Shown: piece after piece, positions 1 to 9,491 of the stretch
How the letters are laid out: every line of letters begins with the position of its first letter
Position numbering within the stretch: the stretch's first letter is position 1
IMG/VR virus record: IMGVR_UViG_3300028888_000078
Span: 1 to 64,000 of that record
DNA: 64,000 bases
Direction: 5' to 3' (one strand)
DNA from: a virus
Lineage: Duplodnaviria > Caudoviricetes
Program-made: the position numbers and the translations under genes
The notes under the pieces: generated by a model
What the model was told of the DNA's origin: nothing
The model's database searches: none
What the model saw: the letters and a program-made list of their open reading frames with translations, nothing else

Positions 1-87
1 TATCAACTTCGTATCAAAATGAGTTTATAAATTGTGAGGTTTTGCCATTCGATGTACGCCACCCCTGAAGCTTTTATTACGTAATTA

Positions 88-390
88 TTATGCTTCCTCA
101 ACGCTGTTTGATGCGTCGCCGCTGCCTTCTGTTGCGGGCTCAGAGTTTATAGGCTCGCCTTCTGTTTCCGGAAGACTCTGAGTAGCCGTCGGTGCGCTTG
201 TGTCTGTTTCATCTGTAGAACCGTAGCCGCCTTCGCCACGATCTGTTTCGCTAAGTATCTCTGATTCCTCAAACTGAACCTCTGGTACAGGAAGGATCAA
301 AAGTTGTGCAAATCGTTCACCCGGTTTATATACACTGGGCACAGAATCTGTTGTAACCTTAAACTTACCAATAATCTCTCCACGATAACC
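88..390 (-). CDS. dut: dUTPase, exon 2 (C-terminal part with acidic low-complexity tail)
   Basis: Reads GYRGEIIGKF...PGERFAQLLI...RGEGGYGST (dUTPase motifs 3-5); 303 nt, in frame with exon 1 after intron removal. Confidence 0.93.
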   Translation of the reverse strand, partial: GYRGEIIGKFKVTTDSVPSVYKPGERFAQLLILPVPEVQFEESEILSETDRGEGGYGSTDETDTSAPTATQSLPETEGEPINSEPATEGSGDASNSVEEA

Positions 391-536
391 CGTTTGTTAT
401 CTTACACGTTCTTTATCATGTAATTCTACAGCTTTTTTTGTTATACCTGTAGGTCGGACTATATCTTCACCGATTTAATCGGGCAGGGCACTCGTGTCAG
501 TATTATATTCTACGATATGTATTACACATCATAGTT

Positions 537-1253
537 TCAACTGTTAGTCTCTGAACCTTCCAACTTTTTTAAAGGTTGGCTTGGCTGCTGATTACCCACT
601 TCTGGGCTTTCCAGCAATTCACCCTGTTTAATGACGCCAGTTATTCTTCCATTTTTTGGATCACGAACAATCATAATCCCGAGATTATGTATCATTCGAT
701 GTTCCGATCTAGTTACTGGAATTAAGTTTTCTATTCTATTGTCGTTATGATCTTCGTTTAGATGATGTACTTGAGATTGTTTTTTCAACACTACTCTATT
801 GTCGATAACTTCAAAATATTTCTTATCAAATATTTTATAGTTTTCTTCAACAATTAATCTATGCTTTAATACACGTCCGTCCTTGTCACAATAAGGATGT
901 GTTGGATCGTATACACGTATTTCTATTAAATTGTTGTTTCGTTTTGATATTTCATCACCTTTAAACGAAGAATTTAATCTGCCTTTCAATCCATATTGAT
1001 GGTTTCCTTCTCCTGAATATAAAATAGATTTTAGTTTATTTAAACATTCTATAGAACAGCAATGATGTTTACTCTTTTTTAATTGAGAAGGTTTTAAATG
1101 AAATTTTTTACCGCAGATCTCACACGTACAATTTGGTTCTTTTTTGTTACTGTTATGTTGACATTCCGAACAACAGTACTTTGCAGTATCTTTCCTCCAA
1201 TGAGGAACCTCAAATTCTTTTCCGCAATTTAAACAGATTTTCTTTATTAACAT
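537..1253 (-). CDS. Intron-encoded HNH homing endonuclease with N-terminal Zn-binding repeats
   Basis: CxxC...CCSxEC repeats, then HRLIVE...VHHLNEDHNDNRIENL...EH HNH motif; the 3' end overlaps the intron core; start taken at MLIKK. Confidence 0.9.
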   Translation of the reverse strand: MLIKKICLNCGKEFEVPHWRKDTAKYCCSECQHNSNKKEPNCTCEICGKKFHLKPSQLKKSKHHCCSIECLNKLKSILYSGEGNHQYGLKGRLNSSFKGDEISKRNNNLIEIRVYDPTHPYCDKDGRVLKHRLIVEENYKIFDKKYFEVIDNRVVLKKQSQVHHLNEDHNDNRIENLIPVTRSEHRMIHNLGIMIVRDPKNGRITGVIKQGELLESPEVGNQQPSQPLKKLEGSETNS

Positions 1254-1280
1254 AATAATGTGTTTATCATTTCTGTTTAA

Positions 1281-1310
1281 ATAACGTAGCAACTAATGAA
1301 ACTGGTTGCA
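1281..1310 (-). promoter_or_regulatory. Putative ECF-sigma promoter TGCAAC-N18-CGTTAT upstream of the intron HNH
   Basis: Same bipartite motif as 3766-3795 and 3820-3848; matches the generic ECF AAC/CGT pattern. Confidence 0.65.
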
Positions 1311-1339
1311 TCGATAGGTTAAAATTCGATGCTTAGTTT

Positions 1340-1591
1340 AGCGTCAATAACACCAAATGCATTTGTCAGCAATAATGGCTTCTTTGCAATAGAAGATCTT
1401 GGAACAAGTGCTCCAAAATATCCTTCTGGTATTTCGAGTGACAGACCTGTGTGATATACTATAACAACCTGACCGTTCTCGTTAATCTCTGTTGTAACAT
1501 CAGTACAAGTCAAATCAAATCCAGCATCTGTGCTATGTGCTTTTACAGGTGCGATTGCATTTTCTGAAAGTCTTTTAAATTTAATCGTCAT
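1340..1591 (-). CDS. dut: dUTPase, exon 1
   Basis: MTIKFKRLSENAIAPVKAHSTDAGFDL...PRSS...GVIDA (motifs 1-3); 252 nt = 84 codons. Confidence 0.93.
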
Positions 1592-1613
1592 AATGTGTAT
1601 ATAAAGTGTGTAT

Positions 1614-1688
1614 TGGTCGCCCCACCATCGAGTCGAACCCGGACCTGGAGGGTTAGAGCCTCCCGTGCTACCGCTACACCATGGAGCA
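1614..1688 (-). tRNA. Amber suppressor tRNA, anticodon CUA (probably Gln-charged)
   Basis: Cloverleaf with GGAGG-CTCTAAC-CCTCC anticodon arm, TTCGA T-loop and encoded CCA; weak 1-72 pair and GGTGTA D-arm resemble tRNA-Gln; T-stem irregular. Confidence 0.9.
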
Positions 1689-1956
1689 GGACTTACCGAG
1701 AGTAACGCTCTCTCGCAAGGTCTAAACGTAAGTCTCACATTATTTCTCTCTTATTTTTCTTTCGTTCGATTGATTCGTTCAAATCTTTCATGCATGTTCA
1801 AACTCTTCACAGGGATTCGCAGGACCCTGTAGCCTGTATTGGGGCCTCTTTGTTATAGTCGGTATAGACTTTCAAGGCTTAACCTCCGACTGTATGGTAC
1901 CCAATCGCTGTTCAACGTTCCTTTCGTCACTATGGGAAGCGCATTGGGTTTATTTC

Positions 1957-2301
1957 TTACTTACGGAAAGTAATCCAACGCCAGAATCGCTTATACCAAG
2001 GCTGCTTCTTTGTCTGATACTTCTTAATAAGCTTCATCATATCATCAGCAAGCTTATCGTCTTCGATATATGTAGTATGCTGATCACACATATCTACCAG
2101 TTGTTCTATAGTATCTGCAGCGGTATAAAAACCTCTCCACTCGAGAGCATCTGCCTCGCTTACCGAAATGGGAAGTCCTGCGCGTACTTTGCCTCGTATG
2201 ACCTCACACGGAATATCGAGATTTGTCTCAATATCTGTCCAATCTACTACGAAATCAGGCTTCTTAATTACTTTCTTGGTTGTTTTCTTTGTAGTCTTCA
2301 T
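1957..2301 (-). CDS. hypothetical protein
   Basis: ORF track; sits in a co-directional operon; basic/aromatic C-terminus. Confidence 0.75.
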   Translation of the reverse strand: MKTTKKTTKKVIKKPDFVVDWTDIETNLDIPCEVIRGKVRAGLPISVSEADALEWRGFYTAADTIEQLVDMCDQHTTYIEDDKLADDMMKLIKKYQTKKQPWYKRFWRWITFRK

Positions 2302-2328
2302 AATTCTATATTTTATCTGATTATCTGT

Positions 2329-2700
2329 TTATGCAGGGTTACAAGTAGATACCGTGTTTCCACACTCTGCTTCTGCAAGATTCTTTGCGGCCCAAGCCTC
2401 TTTTTCAGCCTGTTCCATCTTGCGACGATTCTTAATGTTTGCCACCCACTGCTTTGTACGAATGGTATCCATAGCATACTTGTTGTATCGATTGTCGTAG
2501 AACAGAATCAAAAGATCGCCCTTTTTAGCATCAATCTCTTCCTTATCCTCACCACACTGATATACAACATGCATAGGCTCTTCAATATAGTAGATACTGC
2601 GGATTGCATAACGATCTTCTGTCTGAAGCTTTCCTACAAAATCAATCTCAGGATCCACTACGATGTTTTCAGAACTCTGTGTCAAATACAATGTTTTCAT
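2329..2700 (-). CDS. hypothetical protein
   Basis: ORF track; 4-nt overlap with the upstream gene. Confidence 0.75.
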   Translation of the reverse strand: MKTLYLTQSSENIVVDPEIDFVGKLQTEDRYAIRSIYYIEEPMHVVYQCGEDKEEIDAKKGDLLILFYDNRYNKYAMDTIRTKQWVANIKNRRKMEQAEKEAWAAKNLAEAECGNTVSTCNPA

Positions 2701-2912
2701 TTGGAACTATATTTTTGTGTTTTGTCTTCTTTATATCTGCGCTTTAGTTTAAACTTAAACAACTGATTGAATAGTATATCTCTGCAGTCGTCATCGGATT
2801 TCATAGTCTTAACTGTTTCTGTAAATACATGTTTGCATACAGCGTTAACTATTTCTTTATCTATGTTTAAACGTTTAGCAACTTCTTTAATCACTTTATC
2901 AAGATCAACCAT
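2697..2912 (-). CDS. HU/IHF-like DNA-binding protein
   Basis: 71 aa, DKVIKEVAKRLNIDKEIVNAVCKHVF...ILFNQLFKFKLK pattern. Confidence 0.7.
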   Translation of the reverse strand: MVDLDKVIKEVAKRLNIDKEIVNAVCKHVFTETVKTMKSDDDCRDILFNQLFKFKLKRRYKEDKTQKYSSK

Positions 2913-3319
2913 TACTCTTTACCAAGTATGTCATACATACGAAGCAGACGGCTATCTTTAAGTAGATCAAAGCGGAGTCCAGCCGGATCTCTGAATATTA
3001 CTACATCTCCAATCTTTAGTTCGGACTTTGTACCAATAAGATCGCTGTTTTCGTAATAAAGAGGACGTTTCAATACAATTCCTCTACGATAATCAGAATT
3101 AACTTCTTTAACCTCGGTCTCAACATTGTCGAAGTCTTGTGCTTCAACTCCATTTGCATCTTTTGCGGGTGTACCAGTTGCGACCGGTTTGCTAAACTCT
3201 TTTGTTACTTTGACCGGATCCAGCGGCTTTACGAGAAAGAAATCAAAGAAATCGTATTTGATATTCTCTGCTACACTCTCTGCAAGCGGCGATTGGTCTA
3301 TTAACTTCTCTTCTTCCAT
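2912..3319 (-). CDS. GroES-like co-chaperonin
   Basis: FLVKP...RGIVLK...LKIGDVVIF...LLRMYDILG resembles the Cpn10 pattern; start taken at MEEEK. Confidence 0.65.
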   Translation of the reverse strand: MEEEKLIDQSPLAESVAENIKYDFFDFFLVKPLDPVKVTKEFSKPVATGTPAKDANGVEAQDFDNVETEVKEVNSDYRRGIVLKRPLYYENSDLIGTKSELKIGDVVIFRDPAGLRFDLLKDSRLLRMYDILGKE

Positions 3320-3323
3320 ATTT

Positions 3324-3734
3324 TTATTTCTTAAGTCCTTTGAGGTGATCAAGTACAGACAGAAGGTTGTTGAGTACAGTAGTGCGTTCGACCTTCATAC
3401 ATTCCGGGAATTGTGCCATATCCTCATCGAGATTCTTAAGCTCGCTTTCATATCTTGAAGTAAGACTATCAATCTCATCGAAAACGTTAACGAAGCTTTT
3501 TGCATCATTATTTGCATCTTCCAGAACACCGTCTTGCATCAACTCTTTGGCATATCCTTCAGAAATAGCGAAACGAGAACTATAAATCGAACGAAGTTCA
3601 CTATCGGAATCATCAGAACGGTGAAATTCCTCGCTACGCTCAGCGACATACATCTTGGCGTTATCATCGTATTCAAATGTATCACCAGGATTCATGTCAA
3701 GAAAATCAGAAATTACACGTAATGTCTTTGCCAT
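3324..3734 (-). CDS. hypothetical protein, first gene of the leftward operon
   Basis: ORF track; directly downstream of the promoter motif at 3766-3795. Confidence 0.8.
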   Translation of the reverse strand: MAKTLRVISDFLDMNPGDTFEYDDNAKMYVAERSEEFHRSDDSDSELRSIYSSRFAISEGYAKELMQDGVLEDANNDAKSFVNVFDEIDSLTSRYESELKNLDEDMAQFPECMKVERTTVLNNLLSVLDHLKGLKK

Positions 3735-3765
3735 TTTGTTGTTTTAATTTTATCGTTTTGCCCAC

Positions 3766-3795
3766 ATAACGGGCAAATATGCAAAATTGGTTGCA
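3766..3795 (-). promoter_or_regulatory. Putative ECF-sigma promoter TGCAAC-N18-CGTTAT (leftward)
   Basis: Motif recurs three times; about 30 nt upstream of the ATG at 3734. Confidence 0.65.
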
Positions 3796-3819
3796 AAATA
3801 ATAAAAAATTTTTAGTTTT

Positions 3820-3848
3820 TGCAACTTTTTGATTGATTTTTACGTTAT
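3820..3848 (+). promoter_or_regulatory. Putative ECF-sigma promoter TGCAAC-N17-CGTTAT (rightward)
   Basis: Back-to-back with the leftward copy. Confidence 0.62.
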
Positions 3849-4001
3849 GTGGTTGTTCCAAGGGGAAAGAAGGGGGGACTATAGGGGGGGTTATTAGGGG
3901 CCTTATACTGTTCTAACTATATATAAATTTATATAATATATACTGGCCCTTTCTTTCTTTGGTACTTTCTTTCTTTCCCCAGTAAACTTAAACTAAATTT
4001 T

Positions 4002-4430
4002 ATGAAAAAAGAGAAAAAGAGTAGAATAGATATATACGAAACTCCATATGAGGTATATCTAGCTATTGCAAATAAGTATACTACATTAGAAGAGCTTCAG
4101 GAAATATTTACATATACTGACGGATCAGAGCTCGATAATAGTATGCTTGAAGATAAATACGGATATAAGTTCCAAGGGGTTACTGTTTCTGTAAAACGTA
4201 AATCTGATAATAGACCTTTTATACTTGTAAAGTATATAGATGATACTTCTGTAAAAGTAGAAGATAAGCTATTAGATTTAATAAATCTTGCGGACCATGA
4301 AGCCTGTCATGTTATACTAGACCTATACAAGACAATTGGTCAAGATGTAGATTTAGAACAGCAAGAGGAATTTGCGTACCAAAAGGCTTATATTACAGGA
4401 CTAATCCTTAAAAATTGGATGAACAGATGA
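4002..4430 (+). CDS. Putative zincin-like metallopeptidase-domain protein
   Basis: HEACH (HExxH) followed by EEFAY. Confidence 0.6.
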   Translation: MKKEKKSRIDIYETPYEVYLAIANKYTTLEELQEIFTYTDGSELDNSMLEDKYGYKFQGVTVSVKRKSDNRPFILVKYIDDTSVKVEDKLLDLINLADHEACHVILDLYKTIGQDVDLEQQEEFAYQKAYITGLILKNWMNR

Positions 4431-4954
4431 CAAACATAGAGTTAAATGCTGTACTATATTATGCAGATTTTCTAAGTTTGTAGTATGAAAGTCACCCTGT
4501 AACAGACAATTGTAAATATTTTTTTATACACGGTTGTCCAATAAACAGTGCTTTTATCCTAGATCTCGAGCCAGAATACGACCCTGATAACAAATATTTA
4601 GCGTAGGCGATGGCAGAATATTAGACTATCTAGGACAAATATGACGAAGAGGCTGCAATGAGTTTTATAGATGATATCTGCAGTATAAAGGCCTGCGGTA
4701 GTGTAGACGCAGAAGCAATGTTAAAGTGTATTCATAGATTTAGTAGTAAGTATGAACGAAAACAAGCTTTTAATGCTTATTATAAATGGAAAAAAGAACA
4801 AATATATTCTCACATAACATTCAATGAAAACGGAGACCCCCAAGAAACGTAGTGTACACGATATGTCAAACACTTTGAAACAAGCCTTAAACGACGAAAA
4901 CTACTTGAAAGCCTTAGCGCTAATGGAGAAAGCGCAAAGAACACGACTTATTAA
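4427..4954 (+). CDS. hypothetical protein, 175 aa, five in-frame TAG codons
   Basis: ATG overlaps the upstream stop (ATGA); open to TAA at 4952-4954 when TAG is read as sense; includes ORF 4658-4852. Confidence 0.8.
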
Positions 4955-5057
4955 TGGACTTTATCCGACAGATTATGAGTAAACAGCATGATATAGATCC
5001 TTGTGACTGGGATGATATTAATATCCCTACTGAAAATCACGATAATGTACTTAAAAA

Positions 5058-5564
5058 ATGAAAGAAAGTAATATTTATGACATAGATGGCGAGTTAATTC
5101 GTCGTGGGGACCAAGGAGCATTTACCCTTGAGGAAACCGAAGAGTTAGTAGACAAATTGACTAAAAAAGTACAGGAAAACCCTGATAATCAGGTATATAA
5201 GGTCTACTTAAACAACGCTCAAAAGTGGCTTTTTAACCTCTATAATAACATGTCTAGAGAGGATTTGATGAAACGCATGTCATTCCTTCAAACAAGTGTT
5301 GATGAGGCTAAAAATACTGCAAACGAAGCCGAGCAAAAACAGTTAGAAGAGATAAATAAAGCAATAGAACAGCTTAAAAATGAGTATGATAACCTCCCCG
5401 AAGGTGCCCCCGTGCCAACCACCGAAGGAACCGGAGACGAACAGCTGGATAGACCGGTGGAATCGCCTATGGAAGAGCCTACACCAGTTGTGATGGATGA
5501 GTACGTTTCACCTATCGGTGAAGCCTCCGATGAATATGTAGAAGAAGTAAAAGATGAAGAATGA
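5058..5564 (+). CDS. hypothetical acidic coiled-coil protein
   Basis: ORF track. Confidence 0.8.
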   Translation: MKESNIYDIDGELIRRGDQGAFTLEETEELVDKLTKKVQENPDNQVYKVYLNNAQKWLFNLYNNMSREDLMKRMSFLQTSVDEAKNTANEAEQKQLEEINKAIEQLKNEYDNLPEGAPVPTTEGTGDEQLDRPVESPMEEPTPVVMDEYVSPIGEASDEYVEEVKDEE

Positions 5565-5763
5565 TATAAAATGGCTAGTATACGGTTCATTAATCTCTGC
5601 AGACAATGATAACTATACTGAAGAGCAGAAACAAGAGAGTATACATAGATATGAGTTATCTAAATCAGCAGTAAAAGAAGGGGAAGATTTAGATTGGAAT
5701 TTCATCTTAGAGCCATTTGAAGATACTGATAGTAAAAATAAGTTAGTAGACTTGTTTAAATGA
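5554..5763 (+). CDS. hypothetical protein
   Basis: ORF track; overlaps the upstream gene; followed by a terminator. Confidence 0.7.
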   Translation: MKNDIKWLVYGSLISADNDNYTEEQKQESIHRYELSKSAVKEGEDLDWNFILEPFEDTDSKNKLVDLFK

Positions 5764-5766
5764 TAT

Positions 5767-5810
5767 AAAATCCTGAGGAATCGAAAGATTTTTCAGGATT
5801 TTTTTTATTT
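5767..5810 (+). terminator. Rho-independent terminator
   Basis: AAAATCCTGA/TCAGGATTTT stem followed by a long T-run. Confidence 0.8.
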
Positions 5811-5935
5811 TTTTTTTGTTGTGCGAGTGTGGAAACGAGAAACAGCAATGAATCATACCCCCTTATCGGCAATCGGTATAGAGTACCCCGTGGGGTTCTC
5901 GCTTATTGTTTCACTGTTAAAAGATTTTTTGCACT

Positions 5936-6412
5936 ATGAGTACGAAAATTTCAAGGTTGGCCTCCTTAAAGGCTACAGAGGGATTTGGTAAGAAAGCGGA
6001 AGGCGCACAGGCCCGAAACTTAGTTGTTAGTTGCACGTTTGCGCAGTCCGATACAATGTTTTCAGTAACGGGCGAGAAGGCTGTTTTTACGGCTAACTTA
6101 AACGTTCCTGAAGCATTTTGGGAGAAGCACGAAAAAGACACAGACGAAACAATTAAGGCGTATAAGAAGAGCCTCGAAGAGGCTCTGAAAAACGGCGAAT
6201 TTGTTTTGTATGGTCACGTTGTGAGTGTTGCTGAGCTGACCGATAACAAACACGAAAGTGTTTGGAATAAGTCCACAAAACACACTATACAGCAATTTGC
6301 GCAAGCTCTCGAAACGGACAGCCGTGACGATGCAATTGCTTTCTTAAAGCGTCAGCTAACCCGACAGATAGAGCGGAAACGCTTCTTCTGGGAGGCACAG
6401 AGCGAGGAGTAA
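5936..6412 (+). CDS. hypothetical early protein
   Basis: ORF track. Confidence 0.8.
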   Translation: MSTKISRLASLKATEGFGKKAEGAQARNLVVSCTFAQSDTMFSVTGEKAVFTANLNVPEAFWEKHEKDTDETIKAYKKSLEEALKNGEFVLYGHVVSVAELTDNKHESVWNKSTKHTIQQFAQALETDSRDDAIAFLKRQLTRQIERKRFFWEAQSEE

Positions 6413-6430
6413 TCCTCGCTCGCTTTTTTT
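6400..6430 (+). terminator. Rho-independent terminator
   Basis: GAGCGAGGA-GTAA-TCCTCGCTC plus T-run. Confidence 0.8.
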
Positions 6431-6498
6431 GACTCTAACACTTATTCCTGAAACATAAGCAGTTTAATATATAGCGAAACATTCTAATCAATAGATAT

Positions 6499-6804
6499 AT
6501 GAAGATAGTATCGAATCGTGAGTATGCTCTTTCGAGCACAGATGTCCACGACATCAACAACAGAGAGATGCGACAGATGTATGAGTTGAAAAACAGAATC
6601 AATGATGTATTAGATTCTCATAAGCATGAAGCTAAGGAGAAGAAATACATCAACGATGATGATTTAAAACTCATGCATGCTATCCTTTCGGTGTTCACAA
6701 AGGAATATTCATCGACGCAAACTTCTGCATTCGATGATTTCCTTGCAGAACAGAAAAAGAAGCAGGCTGAAAAGCCTGTTATAGATGATGTTCCTTTTGA
6801 ATAA
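6499..6804 (+). CDS. hypothetical protein with DDVPF-like acidic tail
   Basis: ORF track. Confidence 0.75.
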   Translation: MKIVSNREYALSSTDVHDINNREMRQMYELKNRINDVLDSHKHEAKEKKYINDDDLKLMHAILSVFTKEYSSTQTSAFDDFLAEQKKKQAEKPVIDDVPFE

Positions 6805-6869
6805 GAACACTCAGCTATTTAACCTCTCACGTCCTGAGCATGACACTAAACTGCTCAAACTTTATTTAT

Positions 6870-6928
6870 ATACTGTCCCAGTGTAGACGCTGGCTGATGA
6901 GTCGTTGCAAATTACGACGAAACAGTAT
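6870..6928 (+). ncRNA. Type III hammerhead ribozyme
   Basis: AUACUGUC^ CCAGUG-UAGA-CGCUGG CUGAUGA GUCGU-UGCAAAUU-ACGAC GAAACAGUAU: complete core and three stems; cleavage predicted after C6877. Confidence 0.92.
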
Positions 6929-7679
6929 TAGTCTTGCGTACCTATATACGTAAGATTAAATTCTCTAGCTATAGAATTGGAAAGAATAGCAAGTTTGCGG
7001 TAAGATAAACTGAAACCGCTAATTTTGTCACTGATAAATAGGTGAATATCTGTTTAACTCTTTAAACTTAGACCTATGGACGTGTCCTAAGGTAATTTTT
7101 ATGTACATCAAATCATTATGGGCAGCCAATTGTCCGTACTGAATTGGCATCAAACATCATTTCAACATTTACATGAACGTTGATAGGGTGTATGATTTGA
7201 CCGTTGTACACCCTGGAGTTAACACAGCAACCCATTAGGGTTGTTAACACAAATTGCACACATGAACGACAGCTTTGATAGCTGTTTCCATTGTACACTT
7301 GTGACAATGGTTCATATAGGTTTTGTTATAAAATCTATATGCGCGTATGTTCACAAAGTGTATTGTGGGCTAAATACATCTTGGTCAACACTGAAAGACC
7401 GGTGTAGATATGTTGATGCCCGTGTGTGCTAGTCTCGCTTGCATGACGATAAAATGAACTTGGTTAGTCATTAGGAGCAAGCTAAATGCAAATGGGAGAG
7501 CGATGCTGGTCTGTACTCAGCAACTCTCCCGCTTTTGTTTGAATCAATCAAAACAACATAACTTGAACCATCTTCAGAGTAAAAACTCTGCACAGGCTCG
7601 CCCTTCGTATCCGATAATATATTCGGATTTGGCTACAGTAAGGTGGTTCTTTCTCTTGAAATCAATTCAACATCAACAT

Positions 7680-8015
7680 ATGGATTACAGTAAATTTCAA
7701 AAGATTGCACCTGCGTTAGGAAGATACATTATACAACATTATTCTGTAATGTGCTCACCAAAGAAAATACAAGAGCATCTTCTAGTCAATATAACGTACG
7801 AACAAGCACAAAACGTCACTCAACATTATCGCCTTTGGCTTAAAGACAGATATTCGTTAAACCGACTTATACTTATGATAATAATATACAAGTATGGTTG
7901 TAACGAAATATTTGAGAATGTTAGAGGTGATAGAGCAAGAATGACCTATCTAACAGAGTATAAAAATCTAAACGATAAAATAGGAGCATTGGATAAATTT
8001 ATGCAAAAGTACTAA
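7680..8015 (+). CDS. hypothetical protein
   Basis: ORF 7503-8015, start reassigned to MDYSK. Confidence 0.7.
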   Translation: MDYSKFQKIAPALGRYIIQHYSVMCSPKKIQEHLLVNITYEQAQNVTQHYRLWLKDRYSLNRLILMIIIYKYGCNEIFENVRGDRARMTYLTEYKNLNDKIGALDKFMQKY

Positions 8016-8017
8016 AT

Positions 8018-8212
8018 ATGAGAAGAAGATTTAATCCAAACAGTGTAGCATCCTCAGACGGTAGCCACATCATGATATCTCATGACCGTCAGGCAGGAAC
8101 AACAGGGAGAACAGAACGAACGGTGTATGCACGTTGTGGGTACATCAAGTTAGCGGTCACACCAATGCAGGCAGCAATGCTGGCAAGGTGTCAAAGAATA
8201 GAGAGATTATAA
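8018..8212 (+). CDS. small basic hypothetical protein
   Basis: ORF track; starts 2 nt after the upstream stop. Confidence 0.65.
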   Translation: MRRRFNPNSVASSDGSHIMISHDRQAGTTGRTERTVYARCGYIKLAVTPMQAAMLARCQRIERL

Positions 8213-8301
8213 ACATATCCATAAAGATTAAAACTTTTCATCATGTAACTGTGCGGTTCGTGAGAATAGCACAGTTATAAATTATAGTAGTATTTTAAAA
8301 A

Positions 8302-8354
8302 AATCCCCTGAAGAGTCTTTGAAAATTAAGACGAAACACATAAGTGTCGGGATT
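8302..8354 (+). ncRNA. Type I hammerhead ribozyme
   Basis: AAUCCC CUGAAGA GUCUU-UGAAAAUU-AAGAC GAAA CAC-AUAA-GUGUC^ GGGAUU; cleavage predicted after C8348. Confidence 0.9.
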
Positions 8355-8569
8355 AGAAGTACAATATTCCCCTGTTAGTGATAAAAATAGTATGTCAAAA
8401 CTATGGTTAGTAGGGCCAGTATACAAGGGACGACAACCCTTCTGGTATGGATTGTGCTGTAACTGCTCGGCTGGTACAACGGCAGTAACCAACTTTGAAA
8501 ACCTCACAACAATATGGCGCACACTCTAAGTGCGCCTTTTGTTTGAAAATCAATTTCAAATTATTATAT

Positions 8570-9142
8570 ATGGAACAAGTATTACATTTGTACATTACAA
8601 CACCATGTGGACATGAATGTCCATTATGTTGTAACAGGCTGTATGACATCGAGAAAATCCCTGTTGTAACAGTAGAATTATTGAATTCAGTTCAAACTAT
8701 ATGTTTGACTGGAGGCGATCCAATGATGATTCATCCAAAATTATTGGCGAATCTCATTATTCGAATAGAATCTCAAGCTGCAAATCTTGAAAATCTGTAC
8801 ATTTACACATCTGGTAAATATCTACGTTCTCTAACAAGACTTACTGATGAAATACAAGGTATTGGAATTAAAGGAGGATATGTTCACATAGATGGGATTA
8901 ATGTTGCTCCAAAAAATTGGGAAGATTGGAAAGGATTTATTGAGACAGTAAATTTAGAAACAGTATTCTTTAGAAATCATACTGCATCCAACCGATTGTA
9001 TCTTTTTAAAGAACAACGCCCAATATTTGAAGCATTGAATATTGAATTACCAAAGACATTTCAAGTAATTGACCGTCAATGGACACAAACATTCAATACT
9101 CCAGATAATGAACATTTTTGTAGATTACCAATTTTAATGTAA
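8570..9142 (+). CDS. Radical SAM superfamily protein
   Basis: CGHECPLC (CxxxCxxC) near the N-terminus and LTGGDP motif. Confidence 0.85.
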   Translation: MEQVLHLYITTPCGHECPLCCNRLYDIEKIPVVTVELLNSVQTICLTGGDPMMIHPKLLANLIIRIESQAANLENLYIYTSGKYLRSLTRLTDEIQGIGIKGGYVHIDGINVAPKNWEDWKGFIETVNLETVFFRNHTASNRLYLFKEQRPIFEALNIELPKTFQVIDRQWTQTFNTPDNEHFCRLPILM

Positions 9143-9192
9143 ATGAGGCGTAAACAACGTAAAGTGTAAACAATACCAAAAACATTATCAAA

Positions 9193-9462
9193 ATGAGTAA
9201 AAAGCTAGTAACAAAAGATGAGAAAATCATCAAACAAGTTGAAAATGCTTTAGGTGATGTGCCACACGTCACATTCAAAGCTAGTGATGGAAATATCGTT
9301 CTTACTGTAACAAACAAAAACGGTGACGCTCTTAAGAAAATCGTTTCAGAAATCGATTTCTCTGGAAGAATTGGTGTATTACGTAGACATCCGGAATATA
9401 CTGTACCACGCGATCTCATGACAGATCTTGCAGAACGTTCGTATAAGTATACGATAAAGTAA
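9193..9462 (+). CDS. hypothetical protein
   Basis: ORF track; TTATCAAA leader. Confidence 0.75.
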   Translation: MSKKLVTKDEKIIKQVENALGDVPHVTFKASDGNIVLTVTNKNGDALKKIVSEIDFSGRIGVLRRHPEYTVPRDLMTDLAERSYKYTIK

Positions 9463-9491
9463 GAAGTAGATGAAAATGAACGAAAAGTTGC

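Larger units (their letters stand above)
391..1339 (-). mobile_element. Group I self-splicing intron in dUTPase motif 3
   Basis: Splits GVIDA|GYRGEI; exon ends in U, intron ends in G; core elements AAUUGCUGGAAA (P), AAUCAGCAG (Q), GUUCAGAGACUA (R), AAGAUAUAGUCC (S) on the minus strand. Confidence 0.92.

Noticed and set aside
1592-1613. Theta (HDV-like) ribozyme after the suppressor tRNA
   Set aside because: The 3' trailer is a short AT-rich spacer leading straight into the dUTPase start
1319-1738. 139-aa ORF as annotated in the track
   Set aside because: The N-terminal part is the suppressor tRNA read as codons and the C-terminal end runs into the intron; the real exon is 1340-1591
1894-2766. 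290-aa + strand ORF
   Set aside because: Antisense shadow of coherent minus-strand genes; composition is not protein-like
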